The notes under the pieces were generated by a model. That model saw nothing but the letters and a program-made list of their open reading frames with translations. It did not search any database and was not told the origin of the DNA. Positions 34,353 through 36,535 of a DNA stretch of 36,535 nt are shown piece by piece (position 1 is the stretch's first letter; every line of letters starts with the position of its first letter). Source of the DNA: a virus (Duplodnaviria > Caudoviricetes); the IMG/VR virus record IMGVR_UViG_3300037423_002450, positions 1 through 36,535 of that record; one strand, 5' to 3'. The translations under genes and the position numbers were made by a program.

Positions 34353-35840
34353 TCAGAAGCTCAACGAGCCCGCGGTCGCCGTCCGGGTCTGCCCGCGCGC
34401 GATCCAGTAGTCGAGCGCGTAGCGCAGCGCGTCGACGAGGTGGCCGGCGGGGTCGTCGCTGCCGCCTCGGTACTCCTGGAGCGCCTTGATCAGGGAGGTG
34501 CACCGCGGGTGGATCGTGACCTGCCCGGACCGGAGCAGGGCGCGGTGGAGCCACGAGACGCCGCGGTAGATGGACCCGCGCGGGCTCGACCCGGCACCTG
34601 TCTTCGCCGTCCAGATCGGCGGGGTCAGCGCCTCGTGCTTCTTCAGGCCGAGTTCGCGGCCGAGCTCGTAGGCGAGGTCGCGGTTCGACTTGCGGTTGAT
34701 GCGGCCGCGCCCGCCGTAGTGCGTGATGTCGCCGGTGACGCGCTTCAGGTTCGACCAGGCGATCGGCTTCCCCTTGAACCGGTGCCGCCCGAGCATCGCG
34801 AGGATCTCCTTCGCGTCCTTCTCGGCGGGGGAGTCGCGGTCGGCCTCGTAGACGTCGAGGACGTAGACCGACGGGTACTCGGTGCGCTCGTCGACGGCGA
34901 CGAGCACGGCCGTCTCGGTGAACGCCTTCGTGCCGTGGTCGATGCCGAGGGAGAGGACCTCGGTGCCGTCCAACCGGAAGTCGTGGACGTGCTTGCTCTC
35001 GGAGAACGTCTCGGAGAAGGCGCCGTCGACGACGATCTCGTCCCAGCCCCCGTTGACGACGATCTCCCGGTACTGGCGGGGCACGGCCTTGATCTGCTCG
35101 GCGATCCACGCCTCGTCGCAGAGGGTGCCGTCCCAGAGGCGCCGGATCTCCCCGTCGGCGAAGCGGAAGAGGTCCTGGTCCATCGGGAAGTTGAGGTCCT
35201 CGATGAGCCCGTCCGCGCACATGTCCCGCTCCCACTGCAGGTCGCCCGGCGCGTTGATGGGGGTCATCGCGTGCGAGATCTCGCCGTTGCGGCGGAAGAC
35301 GCGCCGCTCGAGCTCGCGGTAGTGCTCCATCAGGCAGGGCTCGTCGATCAGGACGTGGTCGAGTTCGGCGCCGGCGTGCGCGAGCGGGCCCTGCTTCATC
35401 GTGCGCCAGCCGACCGAGGAGCCGTCCGGCCAGATGAGCGTGGGCGAGTCCTTCCCCCACCCCCGCGCGTCGTCCCAGCTCGGCTGCTGCCGCAGCTCCT
35501 CGGGCCCGAGCATCTCCCGGAACTGGTGCATGAGCGGGACGGCCTGCTTCCACGAGACCGTCACGATCCACTGCTTCGTCGGCCCACGCCGCCGGTTCAG
35601 GTCGGGGCGGAACGGGTGCCGCTTGCGCGCGCGCATCGCGACGTCGGCGAGGGCGACGCGCGACTTCCCGCCGCCGTTCCCGAGGCGGAGGAGCTTCCGC
35701 GGCGACTTCGAGCGGAGGTACTTCTCCTGCGCGATCGTCCACCGGGCGTGCGCGAGGGGGTCGCGGTCGACGTGCTGCCGGAGGTTCCGGAGCGCGTGCA
35801 CGAGCGCGGCCAGCGGGTCGACGCCCGGGGCGAGCGTCAT
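34353..35840 (-). CDS. terL: Terminase large subunit
   Basis: Walker A GNGGGKS, Walker B VLIDE, nuclease GIDHG and HLVDALRY. Confidence 0.9.
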   Translation of the reverse strand: MTLAPGVDPLAALVHALRNLRQHVDRDPLAHARWTIAQEKYLRSKSPRKLLRLGNGGGKSRVALADVAMRARKRHPFRPDLNRRRGPTKQWIVTVSWKQAVPLMHQFREMLGPEELRQQPSWDDARGWGKDSPTLIWPDGSSVGWRTMKQGPLAHAGAELDHVLIDEPCLMEHYRELERRVFRRNGEISHAMTPINAPGDLQWERDMCADGLIEDLNFPMDQDLFRFADGEIRRLWDGTLCDEAWIAEQIKAVPRQYREIVVNGGWDEIVVDGAFSETFSESKHVHDFRLDGTEVLSLGIDHGTKAFTETAVLVAVDERTEYPSVYVLDVYEADRDSPAEKDAKEILAMLGRHRFKGKPIAWSNLKRVTGDITHYGGRGRINRKSNRDLAYELGRELGLKKHEALTPPIWTAKTGAGSSPRGSIYRGVSWLHRALLRSGQVTIHPRCTSLIKALQEYRGGSDDPAGHLVDALRYALDYWIARGQTRTATAGSLSF

Positions 35841-36466
35841 GCCGGCAGCCCCGCGAGCACCTTCCGCCGGAGCAGGTCGGGCAGGCTGGTGAGCAGCTCG
35901 GTGACGAGGGCGACCTTCTCGTCCTCGCCCATGTGCGAGAGGTTCTGCGCCCGGACGGCCTCGTCGCGCTGGCGGATGCTCTCGACGAGCTCATGCTCCC
36001 GCTGCAGGAGCCGGTCGGCCGCGACGTAGGAGTGCCCGGCCTGCGCCTGCCGCCGCATCCGGCGGGTCTCCTTCAGGATGGCCTCGAGGCTCGTGTCGAC
36101 GGGCCCCTCCTCCGCGTCGACCTCGGGCAGGGGGACGCGATCCAGGCCGAGGAGCTGCGCCTCCATCCCGAGCAGGCGGGCCGCCGGGCTGTAGTCCCCG
36201 TCCTTCACCGCCTTCTCGCGCATCCGCCGGGCGTCGCCGAGGAGCAGCGCCCGGCGCTCCTCGAGCCCGGCCTTCTCCTCGGCGGCGAGCTCCTTCAGGA
36301 TCGCCTCGCGGTCCCGGTACAGCGTGCGCCGCGAGGCACCGGTCTTCCTCGCGAGGTCGGCGACGAGGGGCTCCGTCCACCCCTTCGTGCGGATCATCTC
36401 CTCGACGAGCACGCGGCGCCGCTTCGCAGTGACGACGCTGTTCGACCGCGGCCGCTTCAGTGCCAT
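35837..36466 (-). CDS. terS: Terminase small subunit
   Basis: N-terminal HTH LARKTGASRRTLYRD, helical; ATGA overlap with terL. Confidence 0.75.
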   Translation of the reverse strand: MALKRPRSNSVVTAKRRRVLVEEMIRTKGWTEPLVADLARKTGASRRTLYRDREAILKELAAEEKAGLEERRALLLGDARRMREKAVKDGDYSPAARLLGMEAQLLGLDRVPLPEVDAEEGPVDTSLEAILKETRRMRRQAQAGHSYVAADRLLQREHELVESIRQRDEAVRAQNLSHMGEDEKVALVTELLTSLPDLLRRKVLAGLPA

Positions 36467-36525
36467 CCGATGCCGCCGGTCGAACTTTCGGCTTTTTGGA
36501 AACGGCCCTGCGCGCGAGGCTGGAC

Positions 36526-36535
36526 AAGGTCGCAG
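36526..36535. repeat. Terminal 10-bp direct repeat AAGGTCGCAG (right copy)
   Basis: Identical to 1-10. Confidence 0.8.

Overview
This window looks like a complete, very GC-rich temperate tailed-phage genome (siphovirus-like; host unknown). It is linearised at a 10-bp terminal repeat (AAGGTCGCAG) just upstream of the small terminase gene. The minus strand from 36466 down to ~13900 carries packaging, head, tail and lysis genes: terS, terL, portal, scaffold, major capsid, neck, tail tube, frameshifted tail chaperone, tape measure, tail tip and fibres, and a GH108 endolysin. The plus strand from 9030 to 13287 carries early genes, an excisionase-like gene and a tyrosine integrase, followed by a probable attP. 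The region 5737-8936 holds a CII-like gene and two tandem paralogous cro/cI-type divergent pairs. The left end (minus strand) carries an HNH gene, a nucleoside-deoxyribosyltransferase-like gene, a 1065-aa fusion of an A-family polymerase domain with a DUF927/Cch-like helicase, an iteron-rich putative origin and a small sigma70-like gene. The strongest unexplained signal is an invariant 10-mer, CGGTAGCACG (minus strand). I found 11 copies, each in front of a late gene, with no conserved -35 element. In five genes, plus a putative sixth ORF spanning the genome ends, it lies exactly 5 nt before the start codon. I infer a phage-sigma-driven, -10-only late promoter system that tunes each structural gene individually with leaderless or leadered mRNAs. 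All product calls come from motifs and synteny read by eye, not from database searches.
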